DNA of 64,000 nt from NCBI GenBank assembly GCA_964036045.1, contig OZ038378.1, forward strand, positions 184,202,001 to 184,266,000. The letters run 5' to 3'. Each line of letters starts with the position of its first letter. Position 1 is the stretch's first letter. Positions 22,880-35,885 of the stretch are shown in pieces. Below the pieces are notes generated by a model. That model saw only the letters and a list, made by a program, of their open reading frames with translations. It was not told the DNA's origin and searched no databases. Origin of the DNA: Eutreptiella sp. 'Long Island Sound 2002' (taxonomy: Eukaryota; Protista; Euglenida). The position numbers and the translations under genes were made by a program.

Positions 22880-25800
22880 CCATTGACTACTCATCTTGCT
22901 TGCGCTGGCACTCCTTGGCCAAATGAGCAGAGGTAGGTTCGGTTTCTATTGGGGAGGAGTATCAGGGGAGTTGTAGGGTACGAGGAGATATGATGTGTGG
23001 GTGATTGTGGCCCCAAGTGGAGCTAAGGCGTCATGTCATTGAAATCCCTCTTCCTCGTCGGAGTCAGAGATGGGGTTGTGACATCCAGATGAAATTGACA
23101 TCGTGTCAGACTGGCAATTATACTGAGAACTAACTGCCGTGCTTGGGGTGTTTATCCTCCTGCGTTGTCTTGGGGGGGCTGGTGTGGTCAGGGCTGTGAG
23201 GCCAATTGCCGCCCATATTTGCTCCAGGTCATCAGACCCAGACTCAGATGACCTTCCAAAGCTAAGCGTAGACGCTGTATCATCAGAGGAAACTGTACTG
23301 CTAGAATTGTGATCAGAATGTTGCCTCGGAGGGTCGATATCTGTGAAGTCCTATTGGGTTGGTTGGATACCACCGCTCTCGTGCTCACAGAGTAGCCGGC
23401 GTGGCCCGGTGAAGACGGGAGAGCTAGCACAGGGTGTTATAACGTCAGTATTGTCTACAGACCGTGGAATGGCTGGCTCCCGAGGCGGAGTCGGGGTGCT
23501 GGGTAGCCGCAAATTTAAAACTGGCCTTTCCGGCAATGATAACACAAGATACAATGGCGAGCTGACCCTGCCCTCTTCTACCAGTGCGTCGGCTCATTCA
23601 TTCCCAAGTATGTTTGTGTGACTGAGAACCCTAAGCCAGCGGAGTGTGGGAGACACTGTATCCACTAGCCCTAGTGGTTCCATCCAAAGATCTACATTGC
23701 AAACAGGCCCGGATGGGCCAACCCATCCTGCCTCACGCCAACGAAAGGCTGATCCTTTTAGGCCGTCATACACGTAACGTGAGTCTGTCACGATGACTAA
23801 TTTGATGTCATCCGATTTAAAATGTTGTAAAACTGTTATGACAGCTTGAAGCTCTGCTCGATTATTTGTTTGGACTGCGGAGGGGTGGAGGTGACCTTTA
23901 GTCTCCCATTTGCCCATCCAAGTGCACCCAAAACCAGCTACCCAGCCAATGTTGGGGTGGTGTTTGGCCGATCCATCTGTAAAGACCAAATTCCAGCCCT
24001 CTTCCTCTAACTGTTTGATGATTTTCTTCACCTCTACAGCTAATGCTGTTTGCGTTCTTGGGTGCGACGTTTCTTTGCTATGTGTTTGTCCTGACTAGAC
24101 GAGTCATCTACGTGAGCTGTGACAATTCCCTTCGGGAGTGCACCTGTCTGAGATAGTGTTGCAAGAGCATCATGGAATTGAAGTAAAGGTGCTGACATGG
24201 AGTGGAGTGGTTCCCATAAGACAACTTGTGAGATGACCCGACTCCACTGTGACAATAAACTGTCCCCATTCGGCAATATGGCCTGTTGCTTCACTAGGTT
24301 GCGAAAGGACCAGTGAGCCGCTCTGGCTATCCACAGTGACACACCTTGGGGTGTGTGGAACGAATGTGGGGTCGGCAAGGCCCGAATGGGGGTGCTGCGC
24401 CCGTCCACGTAGGATGGTTCCCAGCAGAACTCGATGGTATCACAATACACTGATACGAACCTGCATTCTGTAAGCGCATGTTGTACAATTTCAATTTTCC
24501 AGCAGATGGGACACCAGGGGAAATTAGTCCAGTTTTGGAGTCGCTCCCCTACTTTGACTTTTGCCCAGAGGGCCTGGAAAACAAGGTCCTTGAGAAAAGG
24601 TGGAAATCGAGAGCGCCAGAAGGCTCTTCGTGTATTTGTAGATTGTTGCTGGGTACCAGCGGCACTGGAGACATCTTCTTGAGGCATTCCGACTTGCCCT
24701 AGCTGCCCACCAAGACCGAAGGTATGGACCAATCAGTGGCCGGTAATGACCTGAATTTACGCAAGGCGATTGGATAGACTGTCTGCCATGTGATCCCTAA
24801 CTTAGATGAAAGATTTTGACGTGGCTGAAAGGAGTCATCAAACAGATCTCCTATCCGGAGGACCCCTTTCCAGATCAAGGTGGGACAATAATAGGTTAGA
24901 TGCTCAACATTTTGAAATATGGCGGAATGCCATAAGGGAAGGTCTTTGACTGAACTGTTGTGAGGTGGACCTTCTAAACAGTATTGCCTGGCTTGAGAAT
25001 ATGACTTCAAAGACAAGGGCAGAAAATTCATGGTGGAGTAGGGGATGGGCCCTAATTGAAGGTACGGGAGGGACCGAAGATCCCAAAGGATACGGTACTT
25101 GCTCGAAAGCGAAGGCGCACAAAGCACGGTATGACAGCCCGGTTGTGCACAAAGGCCATGAAAAACAATCCTGACTGATTCTTAAGCCATGTGTCGGGGG
25201 GGGGGGGGGCAATGAGCAACCCCCGTAATCAGGTAGCAACAAAGTTTGGGCCACGGTGACGCCCCAGTTGTCAAAGCCTAACGCCGTGTTGAACACTACT
25301 TTCGAGGAGCGTTCTTCCTATTCAGTGGCTCTGTAAGCTTTGGCTGTCAAGAGAAGGACTGGTAGAACCCACATTTTTTTTTCAGGAGTTGAATTCTCTC
25401 CTGAAGAGAGAGGCCAAAGGAGGCAACTAGTGAGGCTTTGCACTGGGTCTCCCCTGAGGTTTTGGACAAGGCTTGTGATACCAAATTGTTGTTGCCAAAC
25501 AGCACACCCAAGTATTTCACATGGTCCTTGATGGAAAGTCCACATTCCCGGAAGTATTCCGATTCGTCAAATCGAAAATTTCCTTCAAGTACCAGGGCTG
25601 ACTTGCTCAAAGTAGGTTGAGTGCGGACACTACCCCAAAAGCATACATGGAATCAATAATGCTTTTTAAATTGTGCATATATCTGCTCCTGGTTACTACG
25701 CACAAATCATCGATATACATGAACGGGTAAGCCCCAACCAAATCGTCAAACAGAAAAAGAACCACCGAAGCACAAAAGGAAAAGAGGAGGGGAGAGAAGG

Positions 25801-28800
25801 CCCCCCCTGCCCAATACCTGCTCTCGGCTCGAAAGAAATTTCTTTCACCACCCCCCGTCACGCGCAGAAGTGGTACGGAGCAATCAGCGTGGATAAAATG
25901 AACTGAATATGAAAAGGAGAGATCTTAATCATAAGCAGGACGGCCTCCACAAACGTGTGGGAGAGTGTGGGAATGGCATTGGAAAAGTCAAAACTCACTA
26001 GAGCACACTTGTCCAGCGAGTTAAATGCCTCCTTTTACCCCCCAAATGTGGTGGAACATCTGTCAGCCTTTGACACAGCCCACTTGTTGTTTATGGGTTT
26101 ATTGCTGAAAAATTTGCTCTACTTGCAAACACACAATATTCATGAGCCATTTCTTTTTGATGTCCTGTAGCGCTATAGGACGTAGCTTGGAAACCATCAT
26201 CAGGCCTGCGGCCTTGGGAATACAGTTTATGAGACCCAAATCCCATAGGGGCGGCAGAGACCCTTGTGAGAAGGAGTCTTGGGCAATCTCAAACATAAGG
26301 GGCTGGAAAAATTCCCAGTCGGTTGTATATATGTCTGCACTGATGCCGTCGAATCCCGGCGACGAGGAGCAATGAAGACGGTCTAGTGCCTCAGCCCCTA
26401 GACTCTCAAATAGTGGCCGGAATGGGGCCCGTGACATAATGGCAAAATTGGATGGTTGTTTGAGTTTGCGTAGGAATGCCATGCAATCCTCGAGCGAGGA
26501 TAGTCCCAGGGAGGTGAAATCTGCCCAGTGCTCCTCCAAGGCTTGTGCCATGGCCACCGGGTCAGTGAGCACCTCACCACCCTTGTTCTTTACCCATCCC
26601 GGCCTCTTGCGAGCCTGTAATGCTCTCATTGACTTGTTAATTTGTTGTTACCTCTCCTTTTTTGTGGTTGAACTGACTCGACGAATCCCCTACAAGGAGC
26701 CCTTTGAGTTTAGCAAGCAAAAGGCTGCCCACCTTATCACTGTGATGCCTTTCATACAGAGACACTAGCCGGGAATAAGGCTTTGCATGCAGTGTGGGCT
26801 CCAGGCCTTGCGAGAGCACAAAGTTCCATCCTTGCTGGGAGACGCAGTGTACACATGAGCCGAGGAGCAAAGGAAGAACCCGGGGTTCTTCCATCGGTTT
26901 GACATCCCTCGAAAACTGCCTAGCTATGTTCCTAATGACATCATGTGCAGCGTTCCACTGTTCCAGTGATGTACCTTCAAGTGTGGAGAGCTGTTCATGA
27001 ACCTGGTGGACCTGCTGCTCCTTAGATAAGAAATCAACGGGACGGCGTGATCTGGGATGTTGGGTATTGAAGACCGGGGGGAACATGCGGCAACAACACA
27101 TTTGTGGTCGGAGCAACATAAGTATGAAGTGAATGCACAAGATAAGTGTCCCTTAAGGGAATTGGAAACATGTAGCCTGCGTCTGGACCTGTCACGATCC
27201 GAAGAATCTGAAACAGAGTGCCCGAAGGTGTACCCTGGTGGTACGTCGTGGCTGCCCTATGATGTTAGGTTGTGAACTTCACACCACGCATCGGCGAGCC
27301 CAAGGGACTGTAGCGATGCAACTTCGGTGTCTCGAGCTGCAAGGATTTCTAGCTTTTTTTCCTCTGCCGAGTTCTCTGTATCGCGTGTTGGGACCACAAG
27401 CAAGTTGTGGTCAGCGAGCATGACACATTGCCCCTAAAATTTGTAAGAGAAACCCACTCAAGACTCATGAAACGAGCAACAAGGAGGCGGCAGTCCAAAG
27501 CCGTGGCTTCTTGGCAGATATGGGAATGTTTCCAGACTAGGCCTACACCGCCACGACCCGCTGCATTATAATTCAACATGAGATGGTACCCCAGGCGATC
27601 AAAATGTTTCTTCAATTTCCCCTCCTCTTCGGGCGAGGTAGCATGATGCTCTTGCATGCAAGCGATGTTAATTGACACTGACATTAGATACTTTGAGAAA
27701 ATTGAATACTTTCTGAACTTTTTCTTGCCACGCAAGATTTTTGTGAACATCCTGTTAATATTGAAGGTCTTTAAATTCAAGGACGCGTAACAAGGGGGTG
27801 GGGAGGCCAAGGGAGGGTCAGAGCCTGTGGCCGTGTCCGAGTCATGTGTCGCACTCATGGCTACTTATGCTGAGTTCCCTTGATTGCTTGGACACACGCG
27901 ATATTCCATTTGTTGGTCTGCCCAGTTGTTTTCTGGGAGGTTTTAGGCCGTGGCCTGGCCTGTACTTTTTGGGAGTGTGCATTTCGTTCTTCAATGTAAT
28001 GCCGCATAGTGATCATCTACATGGGACGCTTGCGATGTGGGTCCCTGATGATGGACCCACTTAGCTCTTTAAGCTGTTGACCGCCTATTTTCCATGCCGC
28101 AAGCGAGATGTCTCCCAATGTCCAATTGAGCCTGGTTGCCCGGACTATGGATTTCTGTTTGGCTTTGAAGGCTTCAATCAAGTGATTGTCCTCCATCCAG
28201 ACTAGGACATCATACATTACCATGGTGTCACAGTCCGGTTGGTAAGGGCCGTAAGAGGAGTTGGCAGAAGATCGGCTGGATGCCGTGCTTTCCGTCATGT
28301 TAGAGGCATGTTTGTTGGATCTTTCATCTTTGGACAGGATTCCTTGTGTTTCCAGATCAAACTTGACCGTCTCAAACCAGCTTTGGGCTGTCTCATACGA
28401 CTTGAATCCTAGTCGGACCTTGGATTTGCCAGCTAACAGCAAATGGAATGATTCTCTAGGCATGTCACTTTGCATGAGAGCAGCACATATAGTACTCCAG
28501 AGAAATGGAGAGGCGGCCTCTTTATAAGAGACTTTGGGGTAGAATTGAAGGACTATGGGACAGTCTTCAAATGTTGTCCCATCATATTCCCATTCTTCTA
28601 TGTGTGCAAAATAAGGGTAGCCCTTGTAGGCCTTTAAGACGTGCTCATCTGAGTTGAGTGCCTTATGAGTGTATGCAGGCGTTAGTTGCGACAGTTCGTT
28701 GAAATGAGCAACCAGCACGAGATTGGGTCGCTCAACCAACTCATCTACACACAGAACACTGCGTACTTACTGGACTGGCATATCAGCCAGTGAGGACCAC

Positions 28801-29900
28801 TTGATCGACTGGTTGTCACCTGACGAGAGGCGGGATTCATTTTGGAGAGTAAGGTCCATGCACTCCCAAACAAATTGATAGACCAGATGTTGTTGTTCAA
28901 ATTGTTTAAGCGGCAATACTTTGTTGGGCACGCTGATCTCAGCGGATTGATCACGTGCTTTGACGACATTTTAAATGATGGAAGATGGGAAGGCTCCTCC
29001 AGGAGGTCGTTTGCGGGTCTGTGAATTTTGTTTCTCTTTGGAGCGATGATGATTCTCAATGTCTTGCCTTTGTTGTTCAAGTTGTTCGCACTGAGCACGG
29101 ATGATGGCTTTCTGTTCTAGGATGTACTGTTTCAAATCAGCAAAGGGGTTCCGAAGGAACTCCTGAATGACACATTCGGCTTTGTAGATCTGATCATTGA
29201 GTGACACAATTTCTCACAATACTTTTTGCTTTGCCTCTGGGGAGGCCTCTGTTGGTTGTTCCTCACATTGCTGCTCAGCTTCTTTTTTCTCATCCAACAA
29301 TTTGTTGAGATTGCCGCGCGCTGCGGCAAACCGCGAGTCTTCGGGAGCTTGGAAGTGCTTAACAACGATGCGGATGGTCGCAGCCACCTGTTTCAGGGCA
29401 GCATCTCTCTGCGATAGCTCAGGAGAGCTGGGATTAGCCTGTTTGAGCTTTTCAATTTCACCATGCAGGATTGCTTGACGGGACAACAGATCATTGACCC
29501 CTTTGAGGGCCCGAACGACTTCCGCGGAATCATGGGCAGCTTCTTGCCCAACATTTTGCGGAGTTGACAACATACAGGTAGATTTATGGCAGCAAGGGGG
29601 GGGGCCTACTGCAAACAGGGCCCACCTCCCGCCGGTGGCACTCGTTGAGCATGCACTTGGCCCCGCTGGACCACGCATGACACCGCCCCATTGCTATTGG
29701 AGCCACACCCGAACCCAACGGGCAGAGTTGCCGCCCGTGGAGGCGCCCCACCCCCCGACTCAGCGTGCGCACAGGCACCAACTGAACATAGCTTGGCAGC
29801 CCCCCCCCCCCCCCCGAATACCCCTAAATCTCATCGCCCGACGAAGGCTGACCTGGGGGCAGGCCTACACATGGAGACCCCAAGGAGGCCCCGATTGAAC
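22880..29900 (-). mobile_element. Decayed L1/Tx1-type LINE: ORF1 - APE endonuclease - RT - zinc finger - RNase HI; boundaries approximate
   Basis: Coiled-coil ORF1 fragments at 28017-29678; APE motifs NLKTFNINRM, CMQEHH, GRGGVGLVWK; RT motifs SSPGFDGI, GLINCIPK, RPIALQD, FSPLLF, MYIDD, VKYLG; WCPIC..E.VQHALTEC; many frameshifts and stops. Confidence 0.88.
23594..24031 (-). pseudogene. RNase HI domain of the LINE, cellular RNase H1/RnhA type
   Basis: VFTDGS, QTNNRAEL, VTDSRYV, RWREAGW.G..GPVCNVDLW, LSHTNILGNE. Confidence 0.88.
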
Positions 29901-30523
29901 CAACACACAAACAACCCATAGCCTCATCGCCCCGCAATACCCGAGGGAGCCGCCACCGATCCCCCGCAAGTGTCCCCCGAGCCTCTCGCGCACCCCCTAC
30001 CACACCCCCATCCTGTGCACCATCACCCAAACTCTGGAACCCGCCACAAAAGCAACCACGGCAAAGACACCAATAGTCACTGCGACCTCAACTCTGACCT
30101 TGTGCCACACTCCCTGGCTCTCGCTGCACCAGTATGCTCCCCACAGGGGACCTGTACCGGGGGCGGCGGCCCCCCAAAGCCAACCTCGCAGCCACGAACA
30201 AAAATGCTCCAAAGATTATGAGACCCGAGAACGACCACGGAAGCGCAACACAAGAAGGCGCCGTGCCCACCCCCGAAGGCAATGTCCACTGCGGGCCAGC
30301 ACTCCTACACCGAGACCAGCACTTGATAAGGAGCCAATGCACGACTTGGATGCCCCACCATCTCCGGAGAGCTCCTGCCCGTCCATCCCGGGATCGCTCG
30401 TGCTTTCGAGACATGGACGTGGTGCGCCGTTGACTTCCCCCCAACAGTCGTCCGCCATGCGCACAGCCACGCGCACGGCCACGAACACAGCCATGGGTCA
30501 TGGCCAATGGTTGGGGTGCTGTT

Positions 30524-31054
30524 CAGGCTTTGGTTATAAGAGGGAGGGGGGTCTTTTGGCTCTGAGATCCACTCAACCAAAAAAAACTTGACCCAAAATT
30601 TGGCTCAGGGAAAATCAAGTTTGGGGGAATCTTTGCCCGGCGCATGCCCGGCTCGCTACCTTTGTATTAAGTATCCTATCTCCAGCCCCTTATCCTCACC
30701 TGGGGAAAACCCCCAAGTAGACCGCACTAGACCGCAAACCTTCCCTACTAGGCACCTTGCATAAGCCGAAACATGAGAATTCAACAACACAAAATGTCAC
30801 CCCCACCACTTCCAACCACCACCCTTGCCATCGTCATACATTGGGTGCAAGAGATGGGCCAGATTCTTAAACACGGCGAGAAGGTTCTGCAGGTTATTTG
30901 ATGAGGGGGGGGCAGAAAGAGGCACGGGTGGGGAATGGTCAAAAAAAGATGCCCGGTGCACTAATACTCCCCCTTTGAATAAGCGGCCCTTTGTAGGACC
31001 CACCCAGACCCCCCACCACCACTTTATGTGCTAATTCCTTATAAACAAAGCCTG
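30524..31054. mobile_element. hAT-type MITE, same family as 34977-35885, with a nested insertion
   Basis: CAGGCTTTGGTTATAAG / CTTATAAACAAAGCCTG termini; flanks GTGCTGTT / GTGGTGTT. Confidence 0.8.
30623..30973. mobile_element. PHIS-type MITE nested in the hAT MITE
   Basis: GGGGGAATC...ACTCCCCC termini, TTT on both sides, degenerate GCCCGGCGC 11-bp repeats; right subterminal ggtcaaaaaaagatgcccgg shared with 12700-13471. Confidence 0.72.
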
Positions 31055-31584
31055 GTGGTGTTGCTCACAGGCCTACAGGACGTGTGCCATTCGCGCCAGT
31101 AGGCCATCATGGTGTCCCCCTGGTGAACAACACTGTCGACCCCACCCCCTCCCTGCCCCGAGGAACAACAGGACACTAGCCAGCAGCCACAGAAAGGTCA
31201 CCCTGTGTGGACCACCCGGCCGTTGCTTGGTCCTCACCGCTTTCGGTCACCCGCAGGCCTCCATTTCGCCGCATTGCCGCATTCACCGGGCACAATTCAG
31301 AGAAGAGGCACTGGCATTTGGTACACGAGGGCCTTGCACCATGGCCCCAGCCCTGGCCCTCACCTAAATCAGCAACCCCGCGGACTCCGCGGAGTCTCCG
31401 ACCCACCAAAACATCGCGTGACAAACTCCGGCCCACGTAGGGCATCGCGACACAAACTCGACCCCAGCCTACACACAGCCACAGATACGCCACACAGAGC
31501 CACACACAGGCACAGCCACGCTACGTCACACCTGCGAGCCAATACGCACACGCCGAGCACAATTTGACAATGTGTGCGGCACAC

Positions 31585-31800
31585 CTCCATGCCTGTCAAT
31601 ACATTGTACACCTTCTCATTATTAGTGGTCTTGTTGTAGTCAATGCCGATGACATGTACATCATGGCCGCTCGTGGGATTGCTCAATACACAATATGAGG
31701 GGCCCTCGCCAGAATTGAGAATAGACGATGTGGCTGCAAAGCGTGCCCGCGATTCACGAACACGGGACAACAAACCGATCGAAGGGCCCCACTTCCGCAT
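31585..31800 (-). CDS. TraB-domain protein, exon 1, with Arg-rich N-terminus (possible mitochondrial presequence)
   Basis: ATG 10 nt after a TCTATTTTAG acceptor; DVHVIGIDY..TNNEKV resembles the TraB first strand and helix; donor GAG|GTGTGC at 31584. Confidence 0.62.
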
Positions 31801-31810
31801 TGCACAAACT

Positions 31811-31825
31811 CTAAAATAGAGAAAC
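31811..31825 (-). promoter_or_regulatory. Candidate spliced-leader trans-splice acceptor of the TraB gene
   Basis: Pyrimidine-rich TTTCTCTATTTTAG ending at 31811; inferred from euglenozoan SL trans-splicing. Confidence 0.5.
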
Positions 31826-33519
31826 GCCGATCTTCACAGCACTAACATCCACTGGATTACCCATACCAGCACTGAAACCACACATCACTAAAACCCACCA
31901 TGCGCTGGTCAAAAGCTGCAGCTAAACATCACCCGACCAAACAGAATGCATGTCCCATTTGTTCTTGGGAAAGTGCCCTTACGCTCATGATTGATTGTGT
32001 AAAGGCATCCAGGGGCGGCAATGAACAACACAATCGTGGAGGGAAACCATTTGGGGACCTCAAGGTCATATGTTCGCTCATGCATGCAACCACAACAGGA
32101 GGAACAAGCCCCGGGGGTTGACAAGGAGGATCATGACACCTACTCGTCCCAAATTTGTAGAAAACGGGGCGCAGCGGGACATTTAGGGGGCCAAATGCAG
32201 GAAAGGACGAGCTCCCATAGGCCGTTGGGCTGACATCCCATGCCTGCAGGTGGTAAATTGGGCAAAATGCGACTCAATACGGGCAGTCACATGCAAATTC
32301 ACATGAGAGCCTGTACAATCTTACACGACCAAAGCCGTGTGACTGGATGCTCCAATCATGCCCCACAGTATCCATGAACATTGTTATCAGGTTGACGGTC
32401 TGGCAGCTACAGGACATGACATTCTACTGCTCCCCAGGAACTTTTCGGAGGTTGACTTTTCGGAGGACGTGATGGTGGAAACCAGCAAACTATCTTGCGG
32501 GTGTGTCGTGGTTTCTCAGAAGTGAATCAAATAGCCCATGCGTGATTTCAGAACCACACACGGTTGGACCACAACTATTGGGGACTTCTCTCTCTCTTCT
32601 CTATTGGGGAGTCTCTTAACTGAAGGCAGAAAAGCAAATACCAACCATTGTTCACCTCAACGCGGAGTGGTCGCAGTGGTCATTTATTGGCGTCTATTCG
32701 GTCTGCGTCCTCCCAACCCTCCCTGCCCCGCATCACCATCCTCCGCTTTTGTGTTCCGCAATGTGTCACCACACCCTGCGCCGCTCGTGTGGTGCCATCT
32801 CACCTGCTCGTAACGCCCCCGGATCCCACGTGCGCCTCTCCTCGACACTGACCAGGTGGTGCACTGAGCAAGAGTTAATATTTGAGATGCACCACCTCCC
32901 CAACCCCTGCATCTTCCCTCAAATATAAGTCCTTGAAATGGTCAACGATGTGCGGGGGTCCGCTTGCCCACACAACCCAAAAGGCCCCATCCGACGTGGC
33001 GCGGAAGTGCACCTCACGAGTCACCCTTGAGGTGGGCACTAGCACATGCACTTCCCAATGGTCCGGGTGAGTCCCATCTTTGCACCACCACGACACTGTG
33101 GCTGAATGATATGGCCGCTCGCGTACCGACTACGAAAAAAACGACATCAAGGCGAACATCTCCAGCTCTGTAATCCCTGTGGGGTGCCCTCCCGAGTAAC
33201 CACTTGGAAAGAGAACCTGCAGTGGGGGGGGCACATCAATCAATGCTCCCCAGACGCCCTGGTTATCATTCCATGCCATGTCATGCAACCCAATGATGCC
33301 TAGCCTCTGGTCCGCCTCACTGCTGGCCATCTCTCCCCAAGACAGCACCCACTGAACCTTAAATGACTGCCGCTGTTGGTGCCCACGACATGCCATCAAA
33401 AGTTAAAGCGCCCAAAGAAAACCATCTGGCACAGCATTGTGTGACCACACAATGTTCACAACCTACAATCTCGACCGAAGATCCCATGTGGTGTTGCGGT
33501 GTAGTGAGGGAACCTCGCC

Positions 33520-33830
33520 GCTCACTGCCCCATGCAGTGCAGTGGTATTGGAGGATTACCACTGCCCACTGCCCCATGCAGTGCAGCGGTGTACGGAAGC
33601 AGCCCCACCGCATCATTGCCCAATGCAGTGCAGCGATGTACAAAGGAAGGCCCGCCACCCACTGCCCCATGAAGTGCACTGGTGTACTGCAGGATTACCA
33701 CCGCCCAGTGCCCCATGCAATGCGGGTATGTACTGAATGATTGCCACCACCCACTGTGCCATGCAGTGCGCGGAAGTGCAGCGGTGTACAGAAGATCCCC
33801 ACTGTCCACTGCCCCATGCAGTGTAAGAAT
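33520..33830. repeat. Degenerate ~45-bp minisatellite with core CACTGCCCCATGCAGTG
   Basis: About 7 diverged tandem units seen directly. Confidence 0.85.
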
Positions 33831-34557
33831 GAACCCCCTTGCCTTTATCTTGGGCCCTTTGGGGTACGTTAAAGGTGTTCACATGTATATTTCCCCTTAC
33901 CAGCACCTAAATTTGCCTAATATGCAGTCAGCAGGAAACAATACAGCACACCCTCTCTTTCTGTGCCATGTATAAGTGTATCCATGATGTGTTGATTAAG
34001 CGTTGGGCACCCCCTCCGGGTCGGATAAGCCGCCCTATTGCTCAGTCTCAATTGTTGTCACAGCAGCAACACCCTGGTATGTTTGACACCACGTTTGGGC
34101 AGCATCCGTGCATAGCTTAAGAGATGCATTGGCACTATCGCAGTTTAGCTAAACGGGGCATGGTTCCCAATTTTGATGCTTTTCTAACGTGCTGGATCAG
34201 CATGCTCCCATCATGGGGTCGGGCAACCCTTCGCCACCGACACAGCGAGCACGATGACTTCCTGCAGCACATCAGGGTGTTTTGTGTTATCGCCAAAAAG
34301 CCCCAGGAAATGCACAGTTTGGCCACAGACAGCCCCAAACCAAGAATCGTCCATAATTTGGGTTACGTGGCTCAAAATGCGATTCTGAAGGCGCCTAGAC
34401 CACCCGCAACACCCCACTTTTTGTGGTTTTCACCCCTGGGACTCGCCCAAACGGATGCCTGGACCCCCGTACCAGTGCCCACCAGGCGGCGGCAAGCTGC
34501 AAGCTCGAACCCAAGCAGGTGGGTACCAAAAATGGGTCAGCAGGGCCCACCAGGGGC

Positions 34558-34920
34558 CAGGGCGGTCCTTAACGGAAAGAAAAAAAGTGTTCCGGTACCA
34601 GTTTTCCAAAAAAAAGCCCGCGGGCACTCCATGTGCTCAACCATGGTTGGTGGCGGTTGGCGGTTGGCGGTTGGCGGTTGGCGGTTGGCAGTTGGCAACT
34701 GGCGGTTGGTGGCGGTTGGCAGTGGTTGGCAGTTGCTGGTTGGTCGCCGCTGGCGGTTGGTGGCGGTTGGTAGTTGGCGGTTGGTGGCGGTTGGTGGTTG
34801 GCAGTTGGTGGCGGTTGGCGGTTGATGGGAGTTGGCGGTTGGCGGTTGGTGGTCCCTTGGGGCGGTCCTTAAGGGCGGTCCTTAGCAAAAAAAAAATCTG
34901 GTTCCTTAAGGACCGCCCTG
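34558..34920. mobile_element. hAT-type MITE with an internal (GGCGGTT)n array
   Basis: TIR CAGGGCGGTCCTTAA / TTAAGGACCGCCCTG; perfect 8-bp TSD CCAGGGGC. Confidence 0.92.
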
Positions 34921-34976
34921 CCAGGGGCCAAAAAATGCAGAGAAATGGCCTACACTCCAATCCCCACAGTTCCCAC

Positions 34977-35885
34977 CAGGCTTCGTTTATAAGGGGCTGG
35001 GGGGTTTTGGGATTTTGAGGCACCCACCCACCCAAGACCAAGCCACCCACCCAGACCCCCCCCCCCGTCTTATAAACATTTGAGGGGGGGGTTGAGGCGC
35101 TCTCCCGGGGCTGAATGGCTCCCCAGCCCCACCTGAGGTGATGGCGTGCAGTACTACTGCTACTGCTGCTGCTGCTGCTGTTGGCATTGTTGTTGCTGCC
35201 ACCACTCCTGCAGTTGCTATTGCTGCTGCTGCTGTTGGTGTTGTAGTTGTTGCTGGTGTTTGTAATGCTACTGCTGCTGCTGCTGCTGCTGCTGCCCACA
35301 GGGTTCTGCTCCTTCACAAAAAATGCTGAAAGAGTCTTTGTAGTCTGCTGGCTCTTCAACCATTTTTGGTGTCGATCACTTTTGAAGTGCTCACGTTCAG
35401 CCTTTCCCACATTGGATATGAGTACTCCACAACCGCAGCGGTACTTCCCAGGCTGCTGCATAGCAAAGCAAAATCAAACAATGAGGTCTGCAGATACACA
35501 CAAAGCGATCCCCAATGGCATGACAAAAAATGTCACTGTAGCTCCGAACCTTGCAAAAAAAGCGGAGCTCAGAAAAGTCTTCCTGACCAGGAATTAAACC
35601 ACTAACCTCTAAATCTACGCACAACTGCACTACCGTTCAACTACAGTCTAGTTCTGCTATACTTACCTCCCATTCAGGTTGTTGAACACATTTTCAATCG
35701 AAAAAAAAGCGCCACCAGCCTGCACACTAACATTAAACGGGGGGGGGGTCCCAGACTACAGACCCACCCACCCAGAGTACAATTCTAAGAGGGGGGGGGT
35801 CCCAGACTTTTGACCCACCCACCCAGGCTGGGGCACCCACCCAGACCCCCCCCCAGTTAACTTAATTCCTTATAAACGAAGCCTG
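34977..35885. mobile_element. Non-autonomous hAT-type element with a Zn-finger ORF remnant and CTG/GTT low-complexity tract
   Basis: TIR CAGGCTTCGTTTATAAGG / CCTTATAAACGAAGCCTG; perfect 8-bp TSD GTTCCCAC; minus-strand CGCGVLISNVGKAEREHFKSDRHQKW. Confidence 0.9.

Noticed and set aside
31069-31119. Possible extra 51-nt TraB exon (GDTMMAYWREWHTSCRP) with CAG acceptor and GTGAGC donor, phase 0
   Set aside because: Splice signals are plausible, but it adds no TraB motif and exons 1 and 2 already join sensibly; needs RNA evidence.
33520-33830. CRISPR-like array (also considered for 56400-56900 and 60050-60235)
   Set aside because: Units are degenerate tandem repeats without unique equal-length spacers; no cas genes; eukaryotic context.
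34455-35018. 187-aa WRLAVGG-repeat ORF
   Set aside because: Translation of the GGCGGTT array inside a MITE.
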